NCBI GenBank assembly: GCA_005792285.1
Contig: SXSI01000047.1
Coordinates: 100,368-164,367, forward strand
Origin: Bacteroidota bacterium
Lineage (GTDB): Bacteria > Bacteroidota > Ignavibacteria > UBA10030 > UBA8401
Direction: 5' to 3'
Length of the DNA stretch: 64,000 nt
This document shows, piece after piece, positions 28,311 to 37,809 of the stretch (positions are counted from its first letter, which is position 1; every line of letters starts with the position of its first letter). The notes under the pieces are model-generated. The model was given only the letters and a program-made list of their open reading frames with translations. It made no database searches and was not told the DNA's origin. A program made the translations under genes and the position numbers.

Positions 28311-29309
28311 ATGAAACCTATTCTTGGAATTACAATCGGGGACTTCAATGGAATTGGTCCCGAAGTTGCATTAAAAGCAATTATCTCACCTGAAGTTAAA
28401 AAAATATGTTCTCCAATCTTGATTGGTTCAGTAGAATTATTTTCACATTATTCTAAAATATTTAAAATTTCTAAAAATATTATTTCTATCTCGAAAACTG
28501 AAGAAGGATTAAATTGCAATGGACTTCCCTGTATAAATATTTATGATGGGAATGTAAAGCAACTTCAAATTGGTAGACCTTCACCAGATGCAGGCGTTTG
28601 CGCTGGAAAATCAATTGAGGAAGCTGTAAAATTAACTTTAGCAAAACAAACTGATGGATTTATAACATCACCAACTTCAAAAGAATCACTTCATTATGCA
28701 GGTTACAATTTTCCGGGGCAAACTGAAATGATTGCAATGTTGAGTCGCTCCGAAAAAGTAATTATGATACTTTCATCGCCAAATATGAGAGTCGGTTTAA
28801 TAACTGTTCATTCACCTATTTCAGAAATTAGTTCACTAATTACACAACAAAGAATTTTAGAAAAGTCAGAAACTTTCGCAAAGTCGCTTCAAGAGGATTA
28901 CGGAATTACGAATCCAAAAATTGCAGTATTAGGATTGAATCCACATTCCGGAGAAAACGGCGCAATTGGGATGGAAGAAAAGAAAATAATTACACCTTCG
29001 ATCGAATTACTTAAACAAAAAGGGATAAATATTTCAGGTCCATTTAGCGCAGATGGTTTTTTTGCAACTTATAAAAAAGAAAATTACGATGGAATTCTTG
29101 CAATGTACCACGATCAAGGTTTGATTCCATTTAAAATGACTGAATTTGAAAATGGTGTCAACTTTTCAGCAGGAATGAAAATAATACGAACTTCTCCAGA
29201 TCACGGCACGGCATATAATATTGCTGGAAAAGGGATTGCCAATTTTCAAAGTATGATTTCGGCAATTCAACTTGCAGCAACAATTGCACAAAATAGAAAT
29301 TCAAAATGA
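28311..29309 (+). CDS. pdxA: 4-hydroxythreonine-4-phosphate dehydrogenase
   Basis: GDFNGIGPE, GLNPHSGE, AMYHDQG, RTSPDHGTA. Confidence 0.95.
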   Translation: MKPILGITIGDFNGIGPEVALKAIISPEVKKICSPILIGSVELFSHYSKIFKISKNIISISKTEEGLNCNGLPCINIYDGNVKQLQIGRPSPDAGVCAGKSIEEAVKLTLAKQTDGFITSPTSKESLHYAGYNFPGQTEMIAMLSRSEKVIMILSSPNMRVGLITVHSPISEISSLITQQRILEKSETFAKSLQEDYGITNPKIAVLGLNPHSGENGAIGMEEKKIITPSIELLKQKGINISGPFSADGFFATYKKENYDGILAMYHDQGLIPFKMTEFENGVNFSAGMKIIRTSPDHGTAYNIAGKGIANFQSMISAIQLAATIAQNRNSK

Positions 29310-29971
29310 TTTCATTATCAAACGTTTCAGTCGTTCGCGATGGTAATTTAATTTTAGATAAAATAAATTTTTTATTAAAGCCACACGAATTTATCTCGCT
29401 TGTTGGTTCAACCGGAAGTGGAAAAACTACACTTTTCCAATTACTTTACTTTGAATTATTTCCTTCGAGTGGAACTGTAACTGTAACAAATTACACATCT
29501 TCACAAATAACACAAAAAATGATTCCATATCTCAGAAGAAAACTTGGAATTGTTTTTCAGGATTATAAATTATTGGAAGATAAAACTGCTTATGAAAATA
29601 TTGCGTTTGCACTTTATGTCACAAATGTAAAAAATAATGAAATTCAGCATAAAGTTATGGAAGCACTTTCTGCAGTTGGACTTAGCCACAAAAGAAATTT
29701 TTATCCACAACAATTATCGGGAGGTGAACAACAGAGAATTGCAATTGCCCGCGCAATTGTTAATGAACCATTTATTTTACTTGCCGATGAACCAACCGGG
29801 AATTTAGATCCGCAAACTTCTTTAGATATTTTAAATTTGTTGAAAGAAATTAATAAAAAAGGAACTGCAATTTTTATGGCAACACATAATTACGATCTTA
29901 TGAAAAAAGCAGGCGGAAAAATTTTACAATTAAAAGATAGAAAGCTAACTGAAGTTCAGTTTAAAAATTAA
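29306..29971 (+). CDS. ftsE: Cell division ATP-binding protein FtsE
   Basis: GSTGSGKT, IPYLRRKLGIVFQDY, LSGGEQQR, ADEPTGNLDP. Confidence 0.88.
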   Translation: MISLSNVSVVRDGNLILDKINFLLKPHEFISLVGSTGSGKTTLFQLLYFELFPSSGTVTVTNYTSSQITQKMIPYLRRKLGIVFQDYKLLEDKTAYENIAFALYVTNVKNNEIQHKVMEALSAVGLSHKRNFYPQQLSGGEQQRIAIARAIVNEPFILLADEPTGNLDPQTSLDILNLLKEINKKGTAIFMATHNYDLMKKAGGKILQLKDRKLTEVQFKN

Positions 29972-30207
29972 TTTACAACTGCCTCAACTCTTTTAACTTC
30001 TTCACATTCTAACATTAACGCCCGTTCAACTCCTGCGCGAAGTGTCATGCTTGAAAGTGGACAAGTTAAACAAGAACCAGAAAACCGCACTCGCACAATT
30101 CCAAACTCATCAATTGAAACAAATTCAATATCTCCATTATCAACTTGTAGATATGGTCTGACTTTTTGCAAAGCAGTATGAATTTTTATTTCAACTGGAC
30201 TACTCAC
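29968..30207 (-). CDS. NifU C-terminal (Nfu) domain protein
   Basis: VRPYLQVDNGDIE, GSCLTCPLSSMTL. Confidence 0.9.
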   Translation of the reverse strand: MSSPVEIKIHTALQKVRPYLQVDNGDIEFVSIDEFGIVRVRFSGSCLTCPLSSMTLRAGVERALMLECEEVKRVEAVVN

Positions 30208-30210
30208 CTT

Positions 30211-31311
30211 TTAATTGGATTTTATAGAATCCAAGGAAATTGAAATTGTTGAAGCATTTAATGATTCTGCATTTTTAATACTTACTTGCGCTGCAAGATT
30301 TTTTGCAATTTGTGAAATAATTAGTGATTGCCGAGAATTTGGTTCAGCTTCAACTAAAGGAAGTCCTTTATCAGAACCAATTCGTAACTTTGTGTCAATC
30401 GGAATTTCTCCTAAAAATGGAACATTCATTTCTGTCGCAGCTCGTTTACCACCACCAAAATCAAAAATATTTTCCCGTTCACCGCAATGTGAACAAGTGT
30501 AGTAACTCATATTTTCAATTATTCCGAGAATTGGAACATTGACTTTATTAAACATCATTAAACCTTTTCTTGCATCAGCTAAAGAAATTTCCTGCGGTGT
30601 TGTAACAATTACTGCACCGGTTAAAGGAATTTGTTGAACGATTGTAAGTTGAATATCTCCAGTTCCAGGAGGAAAATCAAAAATTAAATAATCAAGTTCG
30701 CCCCAATCGACATCGGTAAGAAATTGTTTTACAGCTCCACTCGCCATCGGCCCTCTCCAAATTACTGCTTGCATTGGATCAACCAAAAAACCGATCGACA
30801 TAACTTTAATTCCATATTTTTCTAAAGGAACTAATTTTTGATTATGCATGTGTGGTTTATCTTTAATATCAAACATTAGCGGAATGCTCGGTCCATAAAT
30901 ATCACAATCAACAATTCCAACCGAAGCTCCCTCTTTTTTTAAAGCAATTGCGAGATTAACTGCAACAGTTGATTTGCCAACTCCTCCCTTTCCACTTGCA
31001 ACAGCAATTGTATTTCTAACACCAGTTAAAATTTGTGGGCGAGTTGCAAATTGTCGAGATGTAACATTCGATGTCATATTAATTTCAACTTTTTCAACAT
31101 TGATATTTGTTCGGATTGCTTTTTCAGATTCAGCTTTTAATTCTTCCCGAACAGGACAAGCCGGAGTAGTTAACTCAATATCGAGTGACAAATCATTTCC
31201 ATTAATAGAAATATTTTTTACAAATTTAAGCGAGACAATATCTTTGAAAAGATCAGGATCTTTTACAACACGCAATGCTTCTAATACATTTTCTTGAGTT
31301 AAGTTTTTCAT
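30211..31311 (-). CDS. apbC: Mrp/ApbC Fe-S carrier ATPase with N-terminal DUF59 domain
   Basis: VKDPDL...LTTPACP, SGKGGVGKST, WRGPM, PPGTGD, ENMSYYTCSHC. Confidence 0.93.
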   Translation of the reverse strand: MKNLTQENVLEALRVVKDPDLFKDIVSLKFVKNISINGNDLSLDIELTTPACPVREELKAESEKAIRTNINVEKVEINMTSNVTSRQFATRPQILTGVRNTIAVASGKGGVGKSTVAVNLAIALKKEGASVGIVDCDIYGPSIPLMFDIKDKPHMHNQKLVPLEKYGIKVMSIGFLVDPMQAVIWRGPMASGAVKQFLTDVDWGELDYLIFDFPPGTGDIQLTIVQQIPLTGAVIVTTPQEISLADARKGLMMFNKVNVPILGIIENMSYYTCSHCGERENIFDFGGGKRAATEMNVPFLGEIPIDTKLRIGSDKGLPLVEAEPNSRQSLIISQIAKNLAAQVSIKNAESLNASTISISLDSIKSN

Positions 31312-31317
31312 TTTATT

Positions 31318-32214
31318 TTATTCCACATCTTTGCCTGTTAATTTTTTTAAAGCTTCACAATATAAATTAGAAGTTTTCTCAATTATATGTGCAGGCAATT
31401 CCGGTGGCGGAGGTTGTTTATTAAATTTAATTGAAAGTAAATAATCACGAACGAATTGTTTATCGTAGCTGTTTTGAGATTGCCCAACAATATAGTTATC
31501 CTTTGGCCAAAATCGTGAAGAGTCGGGAGTTAATAATTCATCAATAATAATTATTTCTCCATTTAGTTCGCCGAATTCCATTTTTGTATCGGCAATAATA
31601 ATTCCTTTTAATACTGCTTCGTTTGCAGCTTTTTCATAAACTGATATTGAAAGTTTTTTTAATGCTTCAGCATTTGAAATTCCAACTAAGTTTACCATTG
31701 TCTCAAAGGAAATATTTTCGTCGTGTGCACCAATATCAGCTTTTGTTGAAGGTGTAAAAAGCGTTTCGGATAATTTTGAAGATTCTTGCAATCCATCTTT
31801 TAAAGGAATTGAACAAACTGATTTATTTTTTTGATATTCATTCCAACCTGAACCAGAAAGATATCCTCGAACAATACATTCTACCGGAAATGGTTTTGCT
31901 TTTTTAACCAAAACACTTCTTCCTTGTAATTCATTTCTATATTGATGACAAACTTTTGGAAAGTCGTTAACATCAGTTGCAACAATATGATTTTTTACAA
32001 TATTATTTACTAACTGAAACCAATAAAGTGAAATTTGATTTAATACTTTTCCTTTAAATGGTATTCCTTCATTCATTATTACATCGAACGCTGAAATCCT
32101 GTCCGTTGCGACGATTAATAAGTGTTTGTCAAATTCATAAATATCTCGGACTTTTCCACGATTTCTTAATTTTAAATCTATAAAATTTGTTTCGGTAATT
32201 ATTTGAGTATTCAT
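31318..32214 (-). CDS. purC: SAICAR synthetase
   Basis: GKVRDIY, TDRISAFD, ADTKMEFG, DELLTPDSSRFW. Confidence 0.97.
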   Translation of the reverse strand: MNTQIITETNFIDLKLRNRGKVRDIYEFDKHLLIVATDRISAFDVIMNEGIPFKGKVLNQISLYWFQLVNNIVKNHIVATDVNDFPKVCHQYRNELQGRSVLVKKAKPFPVECIVRGYLSGSGWNEYQKNKSVCSIPLKDGLQESSKLSETLFTPSTKADIGAHDENISFETMVNLVGISNAEALKKLSISVYEKAANEAVLKGIIIADTKMEFGELNGEIIIIDELLTPDSSRFWPKDNYIVGQSQNSYDKQFVRDYLLSIKFNKQPPPPELPAHIIEKTSNLYCEALKKLTGKDVE

Positions 32215-32216
32215 TA

Positions 32217-32813
32217 TTAATTAAAATTAGTTGATAAATTTATTGCTCTTGAAAGTAATGTTAAATATTCTGTTTTTGGTATATCGATTGCACCAAGAGA
32301 TTTAAGGTGAGAAGTCATAAATTGACAGTCGACTAGAATAAAATTTTTTTTGTTCAGATGCTCAACTAATTTTACGAGAGCAACTTTTGAAGCATCAACT
32401 TCTACACTAAACATTGATTCACCAAAAAACGCTCCTCCAATTGAAACACCATACAAACCACCAACAAGTTTTTTTCTCTTCCACGTTTCGACACTATGCA
32501 CATAACCAAGAGAAAATAAATTTTGATAACTTTCAATTATTTCGTCAGAAATCCAGGTAGTTGTTCTTTTAGAACAATTTGTAATTACTTCTCTGAAAGA
32601 TTTATCAAAAGTCACAGAATAAGTTTTGTGTTTAATTCTGCGATTCAAGTTTCGTGATATTCGTAATCCGTATAATGGTAATATTGCCCTTTTCTCAGGT
32701 TCATACCAATTAATTTTTCCAGTTTTTTCATTTGCCATAGGAAACATGCCACATTTATAAGCTGCAAGAAGTTCGTATGCAGGAATAATTTTTATGCCGA
32801 TATCGTTCGTCAA
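32217..32813 (-). CDS. aat: Leucyl/phenylalanyl-tRNA-protein transferase
   Basis: AYKCGMFPM, HSVETW, GGLYGV, FFGESMFS, DASKVAL. Confidence 0.95.
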   Translation of the reverse strand: MTNDIGIKIIPAYELLAAYKCGMFPMANEKTGKINWYEPEKRAILPLYGLRISRNLNRRIKHKTYSVTFDKSFREVITNCSKRTTTWISDEIIESYQNLFSLGYVHSVETWKRKKLVGGLYGVSIGGAFFGESMFSVEVDASKVALVKLVEHLNKKNFILVDCQFMTSHLKSLGAIDIPKTEYLTLLSRAINLSTNFN

Positions 32814-32816
32814 ATT

Positions 32817-33926
32817 TTATTCTGGTAATAATGATTGTTGAGTTGGCTTATCGAGTGTCGATTTAAATTTATCAATTTCCCGTGCTGCTTCGTCGTATTT
32901 ATTTTTAGCATTTTGTAAATGCCTGCCAATTACATTGTAATCATCAATAAATCTATTTAAATCACCTTTCAATTGGTCAAGCGTTTGTAAAATTATTTTA
33001 GCATTAGATTCAACTTCCATTCCTTTAAATCCAATTGCAATAATTTGTAAATGGGAATAAAAAGTATTTGGCGAAACTGGTACAACTTTTTTCTTACGAG
33101 AATATTCAAGTAATGTTTCATCGTTTGAAGCACTATCCCATTTGATAATTGTTTCGTAATAAATATTTTCTGCAGGAATATACATTAATGCAAAATCGAG
33201 TGTTCCTTCACTCGGTAGAATATATTTATCAGAAATATCATTAATATGTTTTTTAACATCATTTATAAATAATTTATAGAATTGATTCCTTTGAGTTTCA
33301 TCTTGTGTTACATAATATTTCTGAAAATTCTCTCGCGGAAACTTAGCATCAATAGGTAAAATTCCGTGAGAAAGTTTTATGACTGCATCAACGATCGTTC
33401 CATTTTTAAATTTATATTGTGTATCATAAAAACTTTTCGGAATAACCTGACGAAGTATTTCCTCCAACATAGTTTCACCTAAACCACCGCGAAGTTTTGG
33501 TGCTTTCAAAAGCTCTTCAAACTTTACAAAGTCCTGTGCTAATTTCCGAACCTCTTCTCCGGCTTGCTCCATTCTACCTTGAGATTGTTGTAGATCTTTC
33601 ATACTAAAATTTACTGCATTCAATCTTGTATCGAGAGTTTGATTTTGTTTCGAAACAATATTTACAATTTGATTCGAGGATTCGTTTACTAATTTATTAA
33701 CCGTTTGAATAAATTGTTGCTGTTGATCCTGTGTATTTTTTATACTCTGCGTAATTGATTCTGAATTAGATTGAAGTTGTTGGTTAAGTGAGGATTGAAT
33801 AGAAATTAACTGTTGTTGAATTAATGCTTGTCCATCACTTTCAGTTTTTGGTTTATTTAGTTTAACAAAAATCAATACGCACAAAACCAGAAGTAAAACG
33901 ATTGCTATAAATAAAATATTATCCAT
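32817..33926 (-). CDS. rmuC: RmuC family protein
   Basis: N-terminal TM, coiled coil, RGGLGE..LE, PIDAKFP, FALMYIPAE. Confidence 0.9.
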   Translation of the reverse strand: MDNILFIAIVLLLVLCVLIFVKLNKPKTESDGQALIQQQLISIQSSLNQQLQSNSESITQSIKNTQDQQQQFIQTVNKLVNESSNQIVNIVSKQNQTLDTRLNAVNFSMKDLQQSQGRMEQAGEEVRKLAQDFVKFEELLKAPKLRGGLGETMLEEILRQVIPKSFYDTQYKFKNGTIVDAVIKLSHGILPIDAKFPRENFQKYYVTQDETQRNQFYKLFINDVKKHINDISDKYILPSEGTLDFALMYIPAENIYYETIIKWDSASNDETLLEYSRKKKVVPVSPNTFYSHLQIIAIGFKGMEVESNAKIILQTLDQLKGDLNRFIDDYNVIGRHLQNAKNKYDEAAREIDKFKSTLDKPTQQSLLPE

Positions 33927-35063
33927 TTAATTTGTAAAGAAGTACAACAAAGATACTAATACAATTCCACCTTTAATAATTGCTGATAAACGGGAACTTC
34001 TATTTTTTATTTTACTCCATAATATTGCAGTTACAATCATTACCAATATTAAAATAATTGAAAATATCATGACTTCATTTGGGAGCAATGTTTTGTTAAT
34101 TATGAAAGATAAACTTTCTTCATCAAAGAACATTCCATAAATAACAAGCAAATGTAAAGTATATAAGAGTAATGATTCGTTGCCGGAAATAAGTACTGCG
34201 GATTTTTTATCACCAAATATTTTTTGCCAATACCAGAATAGTGAAAGTAAAATAAATACAACTCCAATGCGTGTTATAAAAAACATTGGGGATATTCTCC
34301 AAAACAGTGTATCGTTTTCATTTTGTGAAAGATATTGATAAATCAATCCGCATATTGCCATTATTAAACCAGACGAGATGAGAATTTTAAAATATTTATC
34401 TTCTTTTTTCTTTTCTCTGAATTCTAACCACACATTGCTTGCAAGCGCGCCAATAAAAATAAAAGATGACCAGGGAAATAATGGAAATAAAGACCCCTGC
34501 GATGAATTTAAATAATTTGCAATTCCCAATGGAAGATAATTTTGCATATTTGTTAACCACATAAATCCAGTTAATGAAAGAAAAGCAATTAGTAATCCTA
34601 ATATTATCCGAATAAATATTTTTTGATTTTTAATTATACTTGCAATGAACAGCATTAACATCATCGTAGTTGATATACAATGTAGAATATCTACTTTTAG
34701 AAAGTTGGATAATAGTTTGTCATCTACTCCATTTATAATTCTTTCAAATGAGAAATAAGGAATTCGCAACAAATAGGCAACAAACAATATTCCGATTAAC
34801 TTAATAAAAGTTTTTCGAAATACTGGAGACCATAAATATATTTGTTCTCTTTTTTTATTTAACATTATCATAAATGAATAACCGGCAAGAAATAGAAATG
34901 CAGGAGCTACAATTCCGTTCATGAAATTAATAAGGGAAAATATTTTATTTTCACGATATAAAGGATATAAAAAAGCATTTACAACATGAGTTTCAATCAT
35001 AACGATTACAGCCCATCCGCGAAGCAAATCAATATATCCGAATCTCGAAGAATTTTTAGTCAT
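33927..35063 (-). CDS. Membrane acyltransferase-like protein (DUF1624/HGSNAT-like), paralog 2
   Basis: IDLLRGWAVIVMIETH, APAFLFLAG, DILHCI, FPLFPW; about 10 TM segments. Confidence 0.8.
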   Translation of the reverse strand: MTKNSSRFGYIDLLRGWAVIVMIETHVVNAFLYPLYRENKIFSLINFMNGIVAPAFLFLAGYSFMIMLNKKREQIYLWSPVFRKTFIKLIGILFVAYLLRIPYFSFERIINGVDDKLLSNFLKVDILHCISTTMMLMLFIASIIKNQKIFIRIILGLLIAFLSLTGFMWLTNMQNYLPLGIANYLNSSQGSLFPLFPWSSFIFIGALASNVWLEFREKKKEDKYFKILISSGLIMAICGLIYQYLSQNENDTLFWRISPMFFITRIGVVFILLSLFWYWQKIFGDKKSAVLISGNESLLLYTLHLLVIYGMFFDEESLSFIINKTLLPNEVMIFSIILILVMIVTAILWSKIKNRSSRLSAIIKGGIVLVSLLYFFTN

Positions 35064-35068
35064 ATAAA

Positions 35069-36187
35069 TTAATTAATAACAAAAACTATAATTAGTGCCA
35101 TGATTGTAATAAGTCCCATTTTTTTCATTTCTGGTGAATAATCTTTTTTTGCAGATTCCCATAATTGTAAGAAATAATAAATTAATATTACAATCGCTAA
35201 ATAAATAGCCAATGTATTTTCCAATGAAAGTGAACGATTATATAATAATTTTAATCCGGACGAAATTACACTTCCATATAAAATTAATAAATGTAATACA
35301 TAAATTAGAAGTGATTGTCGTGAGGTAGTTAGAATTATTTTCGGAATTGTTTTTATTTTGTTTGTAACTAAGAATATAAATGATAGAACTAAAGAAAGAA
35401 CTGCAGCTTGCTTTATGAAATTAATACCTCCCGATTTCCAAATATCGTGTGGAGGATATAGTGATTCTATTATACTTCCAAAATAAATTGATAATATTAT
35501 AATTATGAGTGATATAACTGTTAACCAAATAAAAAATTGATTAATATTTTTTTTTCTGTATTTATTAAATAGATAACCGACAAATATTCCTGAGAATAAA
35601 TAACCAATCCAAGGAAATAGCGGAAACCAGGATTTTAATTGAAATGAGAAATATGAAGCCAGCCACAATGGAAAAATTTCAACAAATTTATAATTCCAAA
35701 AATATGGAGTTACAACTAATGTAAATAAAAGTATTGAAGCTGAAACTATGAATAATAGTTTTTGGGATTTACTAACTAACACTAAAAGCTGTGTAAATAA
35801 TAATGAAACACCGATGCAATGTAAAGCATCAGATTGCACAAATTGTAAATATTCAATTTCAGTTAAACCGAAAACTACTTTACTAAATGAAAAAATGGGT
35901 AAATGTAAAAAATATCCAATTAATATTAATCCGATATATCTATAAATTCTTTTCTTTGTTTCGGGAGAAAATGAAATGTATAAATCCCATTTTTTGAAAG
36001 TTGAAATAGTAAATGCAATTCCGGAACCAAATAAAAACATTGCCGCAACATAACCATGTAGGTAATCATGAATTGGAAACCAACTTGCGGATCTTACACT
36101 GTTTTTTAATAATGCATCAAAAGTATGCCCCTGAATCATTAACAAAATTGCAATAAATCGAAAAATATCGATGAAAAAATATCTCAT
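35069..36187 (-). CDS. Membrane acyltransferase-like protein (DUF1624/HGSNAT-like), paralog 1
   Basis: IDIFRFIAILLMIQGH, AAMFLFGSG, DALHCIG, FPLFPW. Confidence 0.8.
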   Translation of the reverse strand: MRYFFIDIFRFIAILLMIQGHTFDALLKNSVRSASWFPIHDYLHGYVAAMFLFGSGIAFTISTFKKWDLYISFSPETKKRIYRYIGLILIGYFLHLPIFSFSKVVFGLTEIEYLQFVQSDALHCIGVSLLFTQLLVLVSKSQKLLFIVSASILLFTLVVTPYFWNYKFVEIFPLWLASYFSFQLKSWFPLFPWIGYLFSGIFVGYLFNKYRKKNINQFFIWLTVISLIIIILSIYFGSIIESLYPPHDIWKSGGINFIKQAAVLSLVLSFIFLVTNKIKTIPKIILTTSRQSLLIYVLHLLILYGSVISSGLKLLYNRSLSLENTLAIYLAIVILIYYFLQLWESAKKDYSPEMKKMGLITIMALIIVFVIN

Positions 36188-36194
36188 CGGAAAA

Positions 36195-37409
36195 TTAAAT
36201 AATTCCTAACTTTCTACCAACAACTTTAAAAGATTTCAATGCATCGTCTAAATTCTTTTTTGAATGAGCTGCTGAAATTTGAACACGAAGTCGCGCTTCC
36301 CCTTTTGGCACAACTGGAAACCATAATCCTTTTACATATACACGATGTTTTAATAATTCCTGACTCATTTTTTGCGCAACTTCAGCTTCACCTAACATTA
36401 CTGGAACAACAGGATGAATTCCCGGAATAATTGTAAATCCTAATTCTGAAATTTTTTTTCTAAAGTAAGCTGTATTTTTTTGTAATTTCGAAACGATTGA
36501 TGGCTTGGATTTAAGTAATTTTAATGCTGCAATACTTCCTCCAACAACTGCAGGTGGAATTGAATTTGAAAAAGTATAAGGACGAGATTTTTGTCGAAGA
36601 AAAGCAATTAAATCTTTTGATCCACCAATAAATCCACCCAATGCGCCACCAATTGCTTTACCTAAAGTTCCGCTAATTACATCAATTTTTCCAAAAACAT
36701 TAAAATGTTCCGAAGTGCCTCTTCCAGTTTTTCCACAAACACCCAAAGCATGACAATCATCTACAAAAAGAAGTGCACTATTTTCTTTTGCAATTTTTAC
36801 AAGTTTATCAATCGGCGCTAAATCACCTTCCATGCTGAAAACACCATCGCTTGCAATAATTCGAAAACGATAATTTTTTGTTTTGTCTTCTTTCAGAATT
36901 TCTTGAAGATGTTTCATGTCAGCATGCCGATAAATTCTTTTATCTGTAGTTTCCTGTTTGCATAATCGAAGCCCATCAATTATACTCGCATGATTTAGTT
37001 GATCAGTATAAATTACATCTCTGTAATTATCGAAACCAATTTTCTCATTCGTAAGAGAAGCAAAAAAAGCATTATTTGCAGCAAAGCAAGAAGAAAAAAG
37101 AATTACATCTTCAGTCCCAATAAACTCTGCAATTAATTTTTCAAGCTCAAGATGAATTGTTTGAGTGCCACATAAAAACCGAACCGACGCTAATCCATAA
37201 CCATATTTTTTAATTCCGTTTATTGCTCCTTTACGAACAATCGGATTATTCGACATTCCCAAATAGTTATTTGCAGCAAGCATTATTACATTTTTTTTAT
37301 TGACTCTAACTTTTCCATCTTGCGGACCTTCAAGTGCAGTTTCATATTTAAATGTGTTTGCATTATGGATATTCTTTAACTCATCGGAAAATAATTTATT
37401 ATAATTCAT
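36195..37409 (-). CDS. kbl: 2-amino-3-ketobutyrate CoA ligase (glycine C-acetyltransferase)
   Basis: ANNYLG, ASVRFLCGT, NHASIIDG, DGVFSMEG, GTLGKA, RSRP-like KSRPYTFSNS, VVPKGEARLRVQISAAH. Confidence 0.93.
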   Translation of the reverse strand: MNYNKLFSDELKNIHNANTFKYETALEGPQDGKVRVNKKNVIMLAANNYLGMSNNPIVRKGAINGIKKYGYGLASVRFLCGTQTIHLELEKLIAEFIGTEDVILFSSCFAANNAFFASLTNEKIGFDNYRDVIYTDQLNHASIIDGLRLCKQETTDKRIYRHADMKHLQEILKEDKTKNYRFRIIASDGVFSMEGDLAPIDKLVKIAKENSALLFVDDCHALGVCGKTGRGTSEHFNVFGKIDVISGTLGKAIGGALGGFIGGSKDLIAFLRQKSRPYTFSNSIPPAVVGGSIAALKLLKSKPSIVSKLQKNTAYFRKKISELGFTIIPGIHPVVPVMLGEAEVAQKMSQELLKHRVYVKGLWFPVVPKGEARLRVQISAAHSKKNLDDALKSFKVVGRKLGII

Positions 37410-37809
37410 TTTTACTTTCTATGAATCGGTCTAAACTATATTTTCCTGAACCATTGAAAATAAAATACAATGCAATAATTAAATATGTAAAAGCCATTTC
37501 CGCTTCTCCAAAAATATCACCTTCATGCGACATAAATGCAGCAACTAACATTGTTAAAAAAATAAATACGGATGAGGTTCGCGTGAATAATCCAATTATC
37601 AACAATATTCCACCAAAAAATTCTGAACCTTTAGCCATATATCCGAAAATATATGGTAAAGGGAATCCAAGTTTTTCAACTGCTGAACAAAATCTTTCCA
37701 TAATTTGTGGATTGAATATTTTGAATACACTATGAGAAATCAAAGCACAACCAAGCCAAACTCTCAAAATTAGTTCTGCAGAAGGATATTTTTTAAAATT
37801 TAATTTCAA
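37399..37809 (-). CDS. DoxX family membrane protein
   Basis: LILRVWLG, EFFGGILLIIGLFTR, GSGKYSLD. Confidence 0.9.
   Translation of the reverse strand: MKLNFKKYPSAELILRVWLGCALISHSVFKIFNPQIMERFCSAVEKLGFPLPYIFGYMAKGSEFFGGILLIIGLFTRTSSVFIFLTMLVAAFMSHEGDIFGEAEMAFTYLIIALYFIFNGSGKYSLDRFIESKNEL

Noticed and set aside
29306-29971. ftsE without adjacent ftsX as a broken system
   Set aside because: The ORF is intact, and separation of ftsE from ftsX is common in Bacteroidota-related genomes.
32817-33926. RmuC (with dinB) as a defence or mobile module
   Set aside because: Both are common chromosomal genes embedded in housekeeping operons, with no nuclease, methylase or transposase partners.
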